From the NCBI GenBank assembly GCA_030248215.1, contig JASANG010000753.1, positions 682,001 through 720,772 of the forward strand: a stretch of 38,772 nucleotides of DNA, given 5' to 3'. The translations under genes and the position numbers were made by a program. Numbering within the stretch: the first letter of the stretch is position 1; the number at the start of each line of letters is the position of its first letter. The notes under the pieces are model-generated. The model searched no databases, had not been told where the DNA came from, and saw only the letters and a list, made by a program, of their open reading frames with translations. This document shows, one piece after another, positions 1 to 13,100 of the stretch. Origin of the DNA: Enoplolaimus lenunculus (Eukaryota).

Positions 1-142
1 GCCCCTCGCCCCCCCCTAGACCGCTAGTGGTGCCGGAAGCCAGCCAACATTTTTTACCGGAGCTGGAGTCGTAGGTAATGCAATATTACAGAAACATCCT
101 TTTTGGCCAAACCGAAACCTAAATCATAACCACTGAAAATAT

Positions 143-317
143 CAGTATGGGATTCAGAAATTTTTGAAAGGGAACCAAGATAAAGTAGTTGGAAAAAGCT
201 TGTGAGTGAAGCGAGCAAGAAGCCAAACCAAGTTTCAGTGCTAAACTTTAATACAAAATCAGGGTTTTGATTTGCTGTGGCGGGCCCTGTGGATGGTTCG
301 TCTTGGATACGCCAGTG
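143..317. mobile_element. Short hAT-like MITE
   Basis: CAG start, degenerate TIRs, 8-bp TSD gaaaatat/ggaaatat. Confidence 0.45.
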
Positions 318-498
318 GGAAATATAATCTTATTACGTGTCTGTCTCCTGGTCGCCGTGATTATTCGACGGTGGGCGCCACGATCGAGGGTGCCACCAGA
401 ATGGTGGTTAGTATGCGCAGGTAGGACCTGTTGCTATATGTACAAGGTAAGTGTATGCAAACCATAGATTACCATACATGTGCGCATATCTCAGTATA

Positions 499-637
499 AG
501 CCAGATCGTTTTCCAGCGGATCTGTATTTAATAGAATCAGTTTAAAGTTTAGACTGTTTTTTGCTTAGGCTTAAGCTTAGGCTTTGGCTTAGGAATATGC
601 TTATACTACTGTTCCGACCCTGTTCTGTATATGGGCC
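499..637 (+). mobile_element. TTAGGC-bearing Merlin-like MITE, 5'-truncated
   Basis: Family interior with a (TTAGGC)n tract and right TIR CCCTGTTCTGTATATGGGCC. Confidence 0.7.
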
Positions 638-1189
638 CCGTTGGTTATATTGTCCGGTAGTCAAGGATTTGATTTTAATCTTTATCATAAAATTGACAGT
701 GGTAATTTACTCAAATTTATGAACTTGAAACGTCAGGAATGGGTATTTATTCAAAAATAAACGAAAAAATTTTCAGTCAAAAATATATTTGCGTCACACT
801 GTTTCCTTATACTGAATTAACCCCCCCTCCTCAATCTTTTTTTTTCGTCAAATGTCAGCAGATAAAATTTTCAAAAAAAAAACGGGGGGAATCTTAAATA
901 TAAAATCTTTGAAATGGATGATGACCTTATATGATCTAATTTCAGTTGCACACGACGAATATATTTACAAGTTTAGTGACACGTTCTTTAATTTTGAATC
1001 AAATTTTATGATTTATTTTAATTTGCTGCATTATTTTAAAGGTTAATTTTGTTTAATAAATTTTGATTAATATTTTGACGAGGGTCGTGAAGTGGTCAGT
1101 GAACAAAGAGTAACCTGGGTGAAAAAAATGCCTGCCCTGAGCTCTGCAGTTTGTGTCTGTGGAGTCAGGATTTAATTTATGGTTGATTT

Positions 1190-1365
1190 GGCCCATGTAT
1201 AGAACAGGGCTGTATGGTTTTCCGGCGGGGTGTAATAGAGTCAGTTTAAGCTTTAAACTAACTTTTAGTGTTAGGCTTAAGAACAGACTCATCCTTACGC
1301 TTAGGCTTAGGCTTAGCAATATGCTTATACTACTGTTCCAGCCGTGTTCTATATATACATTGGCC
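1190..1365 (+). mobile_element. TTAGGC-bearing Merlin-like MITE (subfamily a)
   Basis: TIR GGCCCATGTATAGAACAGGGC...TACATTGGCC; degenerate TSD gttgattt/gttgtttc. Confidence 0.8.
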
Positions 1366-1479
1366 GTTGTTTCGAATTTGAGCAATGGTTTGAGAGTTTG
1401 ATTTTCTGTTTAACTGTGGTTAGCAAAATTTCAATATTTGCTAATTTATCTTTCCATCATACTAACATGCATACACCAT

Positions 1480-1688
1480 GAGCCATATCCTCAACTGCAT
1501 GTAGCACCAATCGTTGGCTTCTATTGGTTCTTCAACAATCGACCTACAGATGTTAAGTTTGCCCGTCAGAATGTAGGACAAATTAAGTTCGGAAAACTTG
1601 CTAATTTTTAAATCTCTCACAGGTGCAAAAGTTACAAAGCCTATCACCAACTGGTTAATAGATGCTATACACATTTGAAAATATGACA
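1480..1688. mobile_element. Degenerate MITE, family with GGCCCATATTCTCAAATG-type TIRs
   Basis: Shares CCTAT..C.AACTGGT.ATAG.TGCTATA..CATTTGA.AATAT with copies at ~6772-6988 and ~35460-35561. Confidence 0.5.
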
Positions 1689-1870
1689 TTTTGCTAGTTT
1701 CATTAGCCGAGCTGATACATATGTGCAATTACGCAGTGCAAGCAGCAGTACTGCACTTGTCAATTACACAACAAGATTTCATTAGAATAGGCACCAACCA
1801 AAATATAACGACACATCCCCCCTTCGCGGGATTGCAATAGAGTAGCAGTGAGACTTTAATTTTTTGCTTA

Positions 1871-2070
1871 CACTGCAAAAAATGGTGAGCTAAATTGGCT
1901 GTCTCCGAAATCGGCTTTTCCGAACTACACAAACTGAGTTAAAAGTCGACTCCGTCAGAGTCAAATTCGACTCAATTTGACTCTGGTGGAGGCGAATTTT
2001 GGCACAGTTTGTGTAGTCAGGAAAAACCTATTTCTTAGAGAATCAGTTTAACTCACCATTTTTTGCAGTG
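1871..2070. mobile_element. CACTG-terminated fold-back MITE (CMC/EnSpm-like), TA flanks
   Basis: Near-whole-length palindrome CACTGCAAAAAATGGTGAG...CTCACCATTTTTTGCAGTG flanked by TA; internal GAGTCAAATTCGACTC subrepeats. Confidence 0.85.
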
Positions 2071-2719
2071 TAGACGTATGATTAACAGGCCAAGACCTAG
2101 GAATACGCTTATATGCAGGGTGGAACGGTATATGTGTTTCTGGTTAAAAGTCCGTATCCGGTACTGTTCCTGTGGTAGGAATAACAACGATACCGTTATT
2201 GTGCGTTAAATGTTTCGAATCACACGTATACATAGCATTTTTTGATATATAACAATATGCTGCAATTGTTGGAAATGAAATGGAAATTACAAAATTTAAC
2301 CAAAATCTTGAATATTTTTTCGTGCATCAGTTATTTTTTTCTTTAATATTTTGAACAACCAGGTGGGGAATATTTGCATGCCTCAATTGTGTTGGACAAA
2401 AAATAAAACATATATGAAACCTTTTATTCTTCAATATCCGTTTACCGTTTCCGTTATTTTTTCACTATTCATTTACACCCTAACGACGTTTATGCCAGTG
2501 AAAGTATTAACATTTGGCCCTAAAACCCGATGTAGCGTAGTATAATCATCTTCAACTCCTAAAGTCGTATGCTGAGCATTTCAAATTTAGTCTATAAAAT
2601 TATATTTTCATAATAAAATTGAAAACTTTTTTCTTTGAAACATGCAATTTTTGATAAACACTTAAGTAATAATTTTCTATTTCTACCTATTTCGTTTTGG
2701 CTTATTTCGACCAGAATTC

Positions 2720-2890
2720 CCGGGTCCGTAGCCGAGGGGAAGAGGGCCGTTGGTGTTGAGCCTCCCCTGGAAAATTTTTAGACCCCCTAGAAGGGTTTCA
2801 ACCTAATATGTAACTCATTGAAAACCCTTCAATGCCCCACTGAAATATTTTCAGTTCCCCCCATATCAATGTGATCTGGCTACGAGCCTG
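2720..2890. mobile_element. GC-rich hAT-like MITE
   Basis: TIR-like GGGTCCGTAGCC...GGCTACGAGCCTG; related copy at ~29451-29618. Confidence 0.55.
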
Positions 2891-3189
2891 AAGAATCAAA
2901 GCCAAAAAATTGCGCGTCAAATATTTAGTGCTAAAATTGCGTTTAGCTTCTCGCTCACGAGATTATTTCTATACATATTGCGCGTGCGCGCAAGCCCCAT
3001 CAGAAATTTCTAAATCCGCCACTGTTATTTATGAAAATAAATTATGGGTTTTCAAAAAATTACAAACGTTTACGACGCTTTTTTCAAAAATATCGCAAAT
3101 TTTTGACGTAAAATCGTTTTCAAAAATTGACTAAAAATTTCTATTTTAAACTCTTCTAAATTCACTATCAAAAACCCTTCAATTTTCCT

Positions 3190-3394
3190 AGCCCATGTTA
3201 CTTCAAGGGGCGTAAAAGGTTTCGGGTGGGTCTATATTAGAGTGGGTGTAGATTCTTGATTACAATTTTTTTGCTGAGGCTTAGGGATTGGCTTAGACGT
3301 AGACTTAGGAACACATTTTTGCAACGCTTAGGCTTAGGTTTAGGCTTAGGAATACGCTTAATCTACTGTTACGCCCCTAAAAGGAACATTGGCA
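3190..3394 (+). mobile_element. TTAGGC-bearing Merlin-like MITE (subfamily c)
   Basis: GCCCATGTTACTTCAAGGGGCGT...ACGCCCCTAAAAGGAACATTGGC with TTAGGC variants inside. Confidence 0.75.
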
Positions 3395-3698
3395 GACCCA
3401 AGCGGTAGGCGTAATTTGGTGACGCAACAGGTACAATTGCACCTGCAGTAAAACGTCAAATTGTTTGAAATACCATAGTATTTACGATATAAAAAGTTTC
3501 TATTCATTATAATTTGCAAATTTAATTTCTGATGTTCGACTCCAAATTATTCGTTTTCGGAAAGTGGTTATCAGCAGTTTTTACACAATTTTTTCTCAAA
3601 ATTAAAAGTTTGTTTCAAATTTGGGGTTTTAGATTTGCTATTCAGCGGGCAATTGATTATTTTATTCAACGATTTTTTGTATCGTTTTTTGCTATTTT

Positions 3699-3983
3699 GG
3701 CCAATGTAAAGAACAGGGGCGAAACAGTGTTATAAGCTTATTCCTAAGCCTAAGCCTAATCCAAATCCTAAGCCTAAGCGTAAGAATGAGCATATTTCTA
3801 AGCCTAAGCATAAGCCTACACCAAAGCCTAAGCCTAAGCGTAAGAATAATCTTATATATAAGCCTAAGCCTAAGCCTGAGAAAAAGCCTAAGCCTAAGCC
3901 AAGCAAAAAATTAGTCTAAATCTTCAGCTTACTCTATTGCAGTCCGACAGAAAAATGTTCCATCGCTGATCTTTACATGGGCC
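3699..3983 (-). mobile_element. TTAGGC-bearing Merlin-like MITE (subfamily b), long GCCTAA array
   Basis: GGCCAATGTAAAGA...TCTTTACATGGGCC; TSD gctatttt/gttatttt. Confidence 0.85.
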
Positions 3984-4169
3984 GTTATTTTGGATGATAA
4001 AAAATGTAGAAAAATTGTTAAAAAACTTACGTCAAACGGATTTAATTTCAAAACTATGCCGAAGATTAAAAAAACGATCAGAAACATTTAAAAGTTAAAA
4101 AATTTCATTAAAAATGTGATTTTAAATGGGGCAGTGCCGTTTAATTTTATAGCCGATTTCAAGTGGAAT

Positions 4170-4494
4170 CAAGAGTCGATAATGACTCGTTTTTTACAAG
4201 AGTGTACAACCGGGTACATTCTGTGTGGAAAAGAATGTACCCAGCGCAGGAGCGTTTTGGCCTTACAATCCCCTTTATTTACAGGGGGGTACAACCGGTG
4301 CGAACCATGGCACTTTACGTATCCGGCATCAAAAATGATCCGCTTATAGTTTCATGTTGAGTTACTGCATGCATGTGACAGCGACCCTCCCTCTAAATAA
4401 AGAGGGATTCGTCCAAAAACGCAACGCCCGGTGGTACATTTTGTACCATGCGGAACCGCCAAGAGTTGCACACTCTTGTATCATGCCACTCATA
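4170..4494. mobile_element. Interspersed repeat / MITE with CAAGAGTG..ATGAT-type ends
   Basis: Collinear similarity over ~300 bp with 19402-19713 (e.g. CATGTGACAGCGACCC, AAGAGTTGCACACTCTTGTATCATGC). Confidence 0.7.
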
Positions 4495-5251
4495 GTGGAA
4501 TTAACAGTTATTTTCAAAAGCATTTTTTTCATGGAACTTTTTTCAATTTTTAAATGTTTTTGCTCGTTTTTCACGTACTTGAAAATTACACAAACTTCGC
4601 TCCGCCCATTACAACACTAAACCGGTCGGTTGCAACAGTTGTTTTGTGAAAAATATTGACCTTCACAAAAAAACTGTTGCTACAAAACAGTACTGTTTCC
4701 AAAAGTTTCCACAATTGTTTAGGAACCAAGTCTTAAAAAAGCAGCATAAAATTGTCTTGAAATTTTCAAATACTCAAATTCAACTTTTTCTTTTACTTAA
4801 AAATTTACATACTTTTTTTACTTAAAAATTTCCATTGTTTTTAGACAAAATATATGTTTTGTTTTGACTCTCGAAAATTTAAGAATTATGACACCATATG
4901 AAAGTTTTGTAATAATAACAATAGTTCACGTTGGTACCAGCTGTAAAAAATTTCGCAATATCACGCAATATAACAAATTGCGTAATAATGCGTATTTCAA
5001 GTTCGTTCACATTTCAAAACGGTTGCATACGGTAGTTTCGTAGTCCTCAAATTAAGTCAACGCAATGTGCAATTTTACATTTATCGAACGTCAACCAAGA
5101 TTTGCTTTCTATGCTAAATTTCAGTTTTTCGAATATTTTCAAAATTTCATACTAAAAGCCGGTAGAACTTGTCAATATTTGCCATCTCAAGATGCCTTTA
5201 TCATTTTATAATTTCGGTCCACGCGCGTGAAACCCGAATTTTATTTCGGCA

Positions 5252-5363
5252 CAGGAACCAGCCCTCAGGCCTAATCCAAGCCCTGTAAAAGTGCCATTTT
5301 TGGCCCCTCAATAAATTTTTGGATTTGATTAATTCCCCAGTACCTTTCCTGTATCCGCCCCTG
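5252..5363. mobile_element. Short hAT-like MITE
   Basis: CAGG...CCTG ends, 8-bp TSD tttcggca/tttcggcc. Confidence 0.55.
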
Positions 5364-5598
5364 TTTCGGCCTATAACGCACCCGTAGAAATTCTAGACCA
5401 ACCAAAACCCTTTATTTCACTACGAAATAGTATAATTCTGCAGAATCGTTAGCCGTATTATTCAAGATTCGTTATTTTCTCGATTCCGCAGTTAAAACCC
5501 CGCCAGATTTAGAAATTAAGGTTTTTAGTTTCGCCTAACACCACCCACCTAAACAACACTGTTGTATTGCGTATTGGCAGTGTGATTATTGCAACTTT

Positions 5599-5778
5599 GG
5601 CCAATGTTACTTTAAGAGGCGTCCAGGTTTCTTGTGGGTCTATAAAACAGTAGGTTTAGATTCTAGATTCCAATTTTTTTGCTTAGCCTTAGGCTTAGGA
5701 ACTCATTTTTGCAACACTTAGGCTTAGGCTTATGAATACGCTTAATCTACTGTTACGCCCCTTAAAGTAACATTGGCC
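5599..5778 (+). mobile_element. TTAGGC-bearing Merlin-like MITE (subfamily c)
   Basis: 24-bp TIR GGCCAATGTTACTTTAAGRGGCGT (1 mismatch), perfect 8-bp TSD gcaacttt. Confidence 0.92.
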
Positions 5779-6771
5779 GCAACTTTTATGCAATCTCAGT
5801 TGAACTGCACACACACACAGCTGAATTGTGTTTCTGTTGCAAATTTCGTCTAAAATACCTGCCACCTGTAAAACATCGAGTTTGACTTTCGTGCCATATT
5901 TCGATTCGTTTCCAGTAAAAACGCACAAACTTGTACCCATTGAGGTTGTATAACAGACATTTTTTTTGCTTGGAACAAATGTTAACAACAACGGCCTGAT
6001 TTTCAAAAAAAAAGAAATAATTACACTTTTTCTCGTTCAATTTTAAACATTACAAGAGACTATGTGACCTGTAAGACGACGGCGAACTGAATTGCAGTGG
6101 CCTACACCTCACCTATGGGCACCAACCTATAATTACTGACAATTGTTTGACAAAAAATTTTGTTGACTGTTTTACTTTTTTGTTACTCAATTCTTTCTTT
6201 TATATTTAAACAGTTCAAAAAATATTATTTATTTTAAACTAAGGTTTATTATTACTATTGTTATTACTATAAAAGTTGCAATTTGTTAAGGTTATGTAAG
6301 ATGTCACACACCGTCGACTTATAACCCACCCCCCACTACCACGCACTGCGTAATACTTGTGTCCCCAAGATACGAGATTGTGCAATTTGTATAGATAATT
6401 GTAATTGCAATTATCTTGCAGGTAAAAGCCAATACAGTACCGTAGTGAGTTTTTGACGGAAAGTTTTTAGTTTAAAATTAATCTAAACTCAAGTTGAACA
6501 TGGAAACCAACTTGTTTCCGATAGGCATTGGTGTCTTTTTCCGTTCTTTTTCCGTTATATAAATGTCGTAAATTGTGTTAGATTTGTGCTTATTTCAAAA
6601 TCACTTAAAATTAGCCGAGTTTTTAATACTGATGCGCCGAAATTGTTTGATTTGAAATAAAAATTACAAAACTAACGGACATTTTTTGAGAATTTAAGGT
6701 GCTTTATATACTTTAATATTCGTTTCCGTTATTTTTACTAATAGTTTATACCTTTGAATTTTTCATTTCTA

Positions 6772-6988
6772 AACCCATATTCTCAAATGTGTGTAAAACC
6801 AGGTACCACTATGCGGTAGGTCTTGTAATTTCCGAACCAAGGAATGGTAAGGTTTGAAATTCAGTGCATTTATCGCATTTGATTTACTTCCGTACAAAAT
6901 TTGAGATCTGCAATTGCAGCAGTTCGTTAGTTAGAAAACCTATTGCTAACTGGTGATAGGTGCTATATGCATTTGAGAATATGGGCCC
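6772..6988. mobile_element. MITE with CCCATATTCTCAAATG TIRs
   Basis: CCCATATTCTCAAATG...CATTTGAGAATATGGG inverted ends; related copies at ~1480 and ~35460. Confidence 0.65.
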
Positions 6989-7178
6989 TATTCGAAACGC
7001 ATCTCTTCCAATAAGCAAAATACACGTATACTCTGATTTGTTTTTAATTTTGTAATTCTTTTAGCTATGTACTTTTAACTAAAAATGAGCTTACATATTT
7101 TTAAATTTATTTTTATTTACCTGGCTAGAAGCACACATTCCATACCTTAGCATCACTAACGTGGTATAAACGTTCATC

Positions 7179-10100
7179 ATGCTTATTACGTATGGCACAA
7201 AGGGTTCCACTCCACCACGACCAAAGTTTACGAGTTTTGACCAAACCACAATGTTTCTTCAAATCGTAATGTGTTTTATTACGGTAAGTCATTGATAAAA
7301 ACCAAAATCTTTGAATGTTGCAATAAAGCCAGATTTAGACTATTTTTTGCTTAGACTTAGGCTTATCTTTACGTTTAGGCGTAGGCTTAGGTATACACTC
7401 AGTGTTACATTTAGGCTTACGCTTAGGTTTAGGAATATACTTACGGTACTACTGTTACGGCCCTGTTGTTTTACACTGGCTGTATTGCCAAATGAAATGG
7501 TAATGTTTAACTGTGTTTATTTTTACCTTCTATGGTTGTATATATGGTTTGTTTTAGCTAACACTAGTTGACTATGTTCAAGGACTTGCAATTGATAACG
7601 AGATAACAAGTAAGTCAACGGACGGTTTCGCTGTAAACCCTGGTGCCGAGTGGAGCGATATTTCAAGACTTTAGGGCGTTTATTGTATTATTTTAATGCT
7701 TATATTTAAATTTTTACCCCTTTATCACATCGACATTTACTATTGCACATAAGAGCAAATTTCAAACCGGAATTCAAATTTACAGTCACACTACCAGGAG
7801 CTGTATGCCAATTGCAGCCCTGCGGCTGGGAAGCGTTTACCACCACTACTTGCTATATGAACTTGGCGTTTGAATCCGAAGATACTCTCTCGTCTTGTGG
7901 AGATTTTGCACTGCACATATGCGAAGAAATTGTTCAAACAATACTGATTGTGTACTAATTAATTTACGTAATTGCAGTTTGCGCTGAGTTGCTCATAGTG
8001 TACTCTGTGGGATGCTGGTTGAAACAATTAGTAGTTGAACAAAACACTTAACATTAGAAGTACACTCAAAATAATATTTGTGATATTTAAGAAAAAATTT
8101 CTTACATTTGAGAAATATGATTAGCAAGGTGCACTTGAAAAGTATTTCTGTTATAACAGAAATGCTTTCAAAAAACGTTTTGAAATAAGTCTGAAAATAA
8201 AAGTTTTCCAGTTATTTTTAGAACAATTGTGTTAAATATGAGCAAAACTTTTCAGATTTGCCACAGAAAACACTTTTCTGAATAAATTCAGAAATACTTT
8301 TTTGTGTGTAGGCCCGTAGCCAGCTCACCTTGCTCGGGTGGCTAAAATGTTTTACGAGGGTCAGACAAATGTTTTCGTTGACATACAAGCAAAGATGAAA
8401 ATTTTCTAAAGGGGCCAAAATTTTTTCAGAGAGGGCTGAGACCACCCTGGCTCTCTTCGGCTGCGGGTTCGATAAGAAGGGGCTAATTTCCGACAACCTT
8501 AAACAGATTAATTTTTGTTTAAGTATTCATTTGATAAATCTGCTACCAATAGCGTCACTTTTCTCGCGGTTGTCTGCTTAAGTTTTACAGTAGCGTTTGT
8601 AAGCGTGTGAGACATGCTTTTCCGTTATGTGCGCATGCAATATAGTGCAGTCCACTATATGTATGTTAGCTGGCAGCAAAACAGTCGACACATAGTCGAC
8701 GAAACATGCACGCTTAAGGAATCATATGCTGAGAGTTCGATCCCCGCTCCGTATCCGTAGGCTCGCTTTTCCAGCTGCTTAGTTGAAAGGTCTGTTGTCC
8801 CGGTTCATACCTAGACTGACAGTGTTGTTGCAATTACTACTTTTTCTACTTAGAATCGAAATTCATAAATATGATAAAAAATGCTAAATTGATGATGTTA
8901 ACGAGTTTTTAACTTTGTCTGTATTAAGCAACTTACAGGCCGGCCATGGCCGACCGGCCGATTCCTCGCCGGCGCACAAGACTACTCTCTAAAAGCTTAA
9001 ACTAACTTGATTTAAGCTTAAGCTAATCCACCAGTATTAAAGTAACTTTCTAGATTAACTAAACTAACAGTTAGGTTTACGCTTAAACTTATTTAACATT
9101 TTACATATTTTCAGTTTAAGCTAAATTTAATAAACTCTTAGATGCACGGCTGCACTTGTTACTTAAACTAAAAATAAGTTTACTTAAACTCGTGTTAAAC
9201 TTAAAAACACGTTAGTTTAAGTAAAACTTAAAATTGTAGTCTAGTTAGTCCGTCCAGCGATTTAAGTTTTACTTAACCTAATATTCAAGTTGAGTTAAGC
9301 TATATAATTTAAGTTTAAGTTTTTAGAGAGTACAGCAATTTTAAAAATTTAAAATTTTAAATTTTAGATAAACCTAAAATTGAATGCTTGGACGATCGTA
9401 TTAAATTTGTCGTCGACACGAGAAGATTTTTCGCCGGCCGAATTTATGCAAAAGGCAAAGCTGCTGAACAAGCGTGCGTTGCGGTTGGATTCAACGCTTA
9501 CAACACCAAAACGCCTGTATTCACACTACCTCTTGGTATTTGTGGGATGAAAAGTTTACGTTCGGTAAAATTTGAAAATATTTTTCTGCTTAGAAATCAC
9601 CCTATGGGGTCGTGGAAAGTTTACAGGATAGTAATTGTTGACAGTAATATTATGCAAGTGCCACAATAATTCATTGTGAGAATGTGACCGAAAGTGCATT
9701 TCAGTTTCAGACTGTGAACAAAATTCAAAATAAGGTTTTTTTCCAATTACTTCGGAATCGTTTGTCATTTAATAGACATCACAGTTCACGCCAATTATTG
9801 TGGCACCTGCATTACTCTTAATCTCTACAATTATTTTTTGCGACATAAAAGCGTAATCCTAAGCCTAAAGCCTAAACACAATGACGAGCGACGAATTGTT
9901 GAGTGGATGAAATTTCGGATTACAAGTTATCGATCGACGAGTTGACGGTCGACGAATTGTCGTGATACCTAAACGGATACATCTGTTAAACGTCAGGATC
10001 GGGATGAACAGACAATTTTGCAATTTTTCTATCCTTAACCGATTCCCGCCAGAATAAGTTGTACTTGTCGTCCAACTGTGCGCAATCCCGCAAAGTGTTA

Positions 10101-13100
10101 ACGAATGCTAAAAACCTGTATGCAAATTTTCTCATTATAACAATCACGTCAAAGTATTATATATACTATAAAGCTATTGTAAACAATGTATGCTAGAAAC
10201 TTGTTCAAAATACGTATGTGAGGTATTCCAGATTGTATTAATATAGATATTCGTAGTCTGGTCCGTCCATGCTAAATACGATTTGCCCCACTTGCAAAAG
10301 TTAAACAGTAAAAACGTTAATATGTTAACTTTTGAGAAGCAATACAAAGTAGATTTTTACAATCTACTGTATAAACCCGAATAAGAGGGAGGTCCCCACT
10401 TTGAGTCCCAATCAATAGAAGTCCGTATCCCTAATAAAAGTCCGTAAGTGGATAAAGTTCCTACACCCTAATCAGAGTCCATAAATGTCAAGAATACTTA
10501 AATTTTGAAAATACACTCCTAAGTATAACTGCATGATCGCTGAAGCAATTGACACAAGAACAAATAAACGTTTAATTCAACGGATACTTGCACTACCGGT
10601 TATATATCAGCAACGAACGGTGACAGAGCGTGGGTTAACAATAAATAACAGTCCGTAGCCGAATAACAGGTGGGTACCCACTTGAGAGGCCAAATAAATA
10701 TCAGTCTCCGCTTTTATTTGGTCACTACAATACTGTCCTTACTTTTGGCATTTCTGTCCGTGGACTGAATACTGACGCTGTGACGGAAGTACACTTAATT
10801 TTAGATGAACCCACGTGGAATGTACTACGGCATCACAATTGTGGTCAGTTTTCATCCACTTTTTCTAACTAAAGTCGATCAAGCGTTTCATGTCAAATGC
10901 TTTTTTGAAGAAGCAAATCGTGGGGTTACTACAGAGCTTGGTGTTAGGTGAGCACTGAATTTTTGCTCAGGAATTGCGTTCGAAACACTATTAAGCTTCA
11001 TTCACACGTGCAAGTTTTTAGCAACGAAAAAAATTGCAGCTGTAAACTTGTAAGTTGTACTTTTTGCTACGACAAAGTTGCAGTTGCAACTTGTAAGTGC
11101 AACTTTTTGCTGCGACAACTTGCAGCTGCAACTTGTAAGTGCAACTTTTTGCTGCGACAACTTGCAGTTGCAACTTGTAAGTGCAACTTTTTGCTGCGAC
11201 AACTTGCAGCTGCAACTTGTAAGTGCAACTTTTTGCAACGAGAACGTGCAGTTGCAACTCGCAATTGAAAGTTTTGCGATGCGTCTTCAAATAAAATTTG
11301 CAATTTTAAAGTTGCAACACCAAGTACTCACTGCAAAGATTTGCACAAGCGGATGCACGTACAGATTAGCAGGATTTTAAATGAATTTTGCCATTCGTAT
11401 TTGAATTCGAATAATAAGACGTAATTTACAACTAGCCAAATCGCCAGTACGGCCAGCCGCCGCACCAAACTGTCACAGCGACTAGCCACCCTAACATCGG
11501 TGCCTAATTGGTTTATGCGCTGACGAATCAAAACAATTCTCATAACCGCAAGTAACAAATCGCATCGTTCAAAATGCACTAATTAAAGCTGACGCCAATA
11601 AAAATGCGCCACGAAACCATTGACCAATGGCTGCCCGAAATAGTACTACCTACTACGTTACTGTTTGCAAAAATATGCAACCACGTTACCCCGTAGGCAA
11701 AGATTTGTTCATTTTCTACCAATCAGGAGCCATTGCTCCTCTGACCCAATGTTTCTTTTAGCGCCGTAACAGTAGATTAAGCGTAGCCCTAAGGCTACGC
11801 CTAAGCCTAAGCGTCGCAAAAGCGTATTCCTAAGCCTACGCCTAAAGCCTAAGCGTTGCAAAAGCGTATTCCTAAGCCTACGCCTAAAGCCTAAGCGTTG
11901 CAAAAGCGTATTCCTAAGCTTACGCCTAAGCCTAAGCGTTGCAAAAGCGTATTCGTAAGCCTAAGGCTAAGCCTAAGTCTAATAATGAAGTCTAGAATGT
12001 AAGCCTACTCATTTACAAACCCGCCAGAAACCGGGACGGCCCTAAAAGTAACATGGGCCCTGTTTTGGATAGCCAGGTTCCGGTGGCTAGCCATATTGGC
12101 GATATGGCTATGTTGGTGCGGTGAATACGACATACATTATGCTTTTTTTAAAATTACTTCCGCGTCATTCCAAAATTATGATACTAAGGGTTTACTAAGC
12201 TTACTTAGCAGTGGCGGAAGTTGGATTTCTCAGTGGGCGGATCCGACATCAACTTTAACATACACATTAGACGAAACTCTTGACACGTTCTGTATCCGGT
12301 TTCATGGTTGTTAAAAGTTATGAGGACAGGAGCCATATGGGGGCAATGCGATCCCTAGATCCCCCAGGTCCGTCTGTGTTCGTTAGAAATGTTACACCAA
12401 GTTGGTGGAAGAAATGTACTTATAGTGTTAAAATTGATTTGATTACATTTTAGCATGATTCCAACTACTGAAGCTTCCGCAACACATGGTATTCCTGGCT
12501 GTTCTTACAGGTAAATCATACCAGGCACACGGTCGAATCAGATTTAGCACTGCTGAATTTAATATTGACCACAAATTTGTGAAACGGCTATTATTCAGTT
12601 ACCAGTCAGCGATAAATTTTGGTCGATGTAAAGATCAGGGGCGGGACGTTCTTCTGTGGGATTGAAATAGAGTAAAGCTTAAGCTTTAGACTAAATTTTT
12701 TGCTATGGTTAGGCTTACACATTGTCTTAGGTATACGCTCATTCAACCAATGTAAAGAACAGGGGACGAAACAGTATTATAACCATATTCCTAAGCCTAA
12801 GCCTAAAGCCTTAGCCTAAGCGTAAGCGTAACATTGAGCATATTGCGAAGCCTAAGCCTAAGCCTTAGCCTAAACCGGCCAATGTTACTTTAAAGGGCGT
12901 AACAGTAGATTAAGCGTTGTCCTAAGCCTAAGCTTCAGCGTTGCCAAAATGTGTTCCTAAGTCTAAGCCTCAACCTAAGCCAAAGCAAAAAATGTAATCT
13001 AGAATAAACATATACTCTTTTGTAGACTCACCAGACATCCGGACGCCCCTTAAAGTAACATGGGCCGCCTAAACCAAGCAAAACAATTAGTCTAAAGCTT

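Noticed and set aside
3740..3905. True telomere or chromosome-fusion site
   Set aside because: The arrays are short, degenerate and bounded by TIRs and TSDs.
267..7100. Protein-coding gene in the first 7 kb
   Set aside because: No recognisable protein motif or consistent exon chain; the ORFs overlap repeats.
8700..8830. tRNA gene around GTTCGATCC (8735-8743)
   Set aside because: Only a B box; no convincing A box or cloverleaf, at most a SINE remnant.
10948..11380. Overlapping ORFs with 14-aa repeats
   Set aside because: Produced by a stop-free 42-bp minisatellite inside a MITE.
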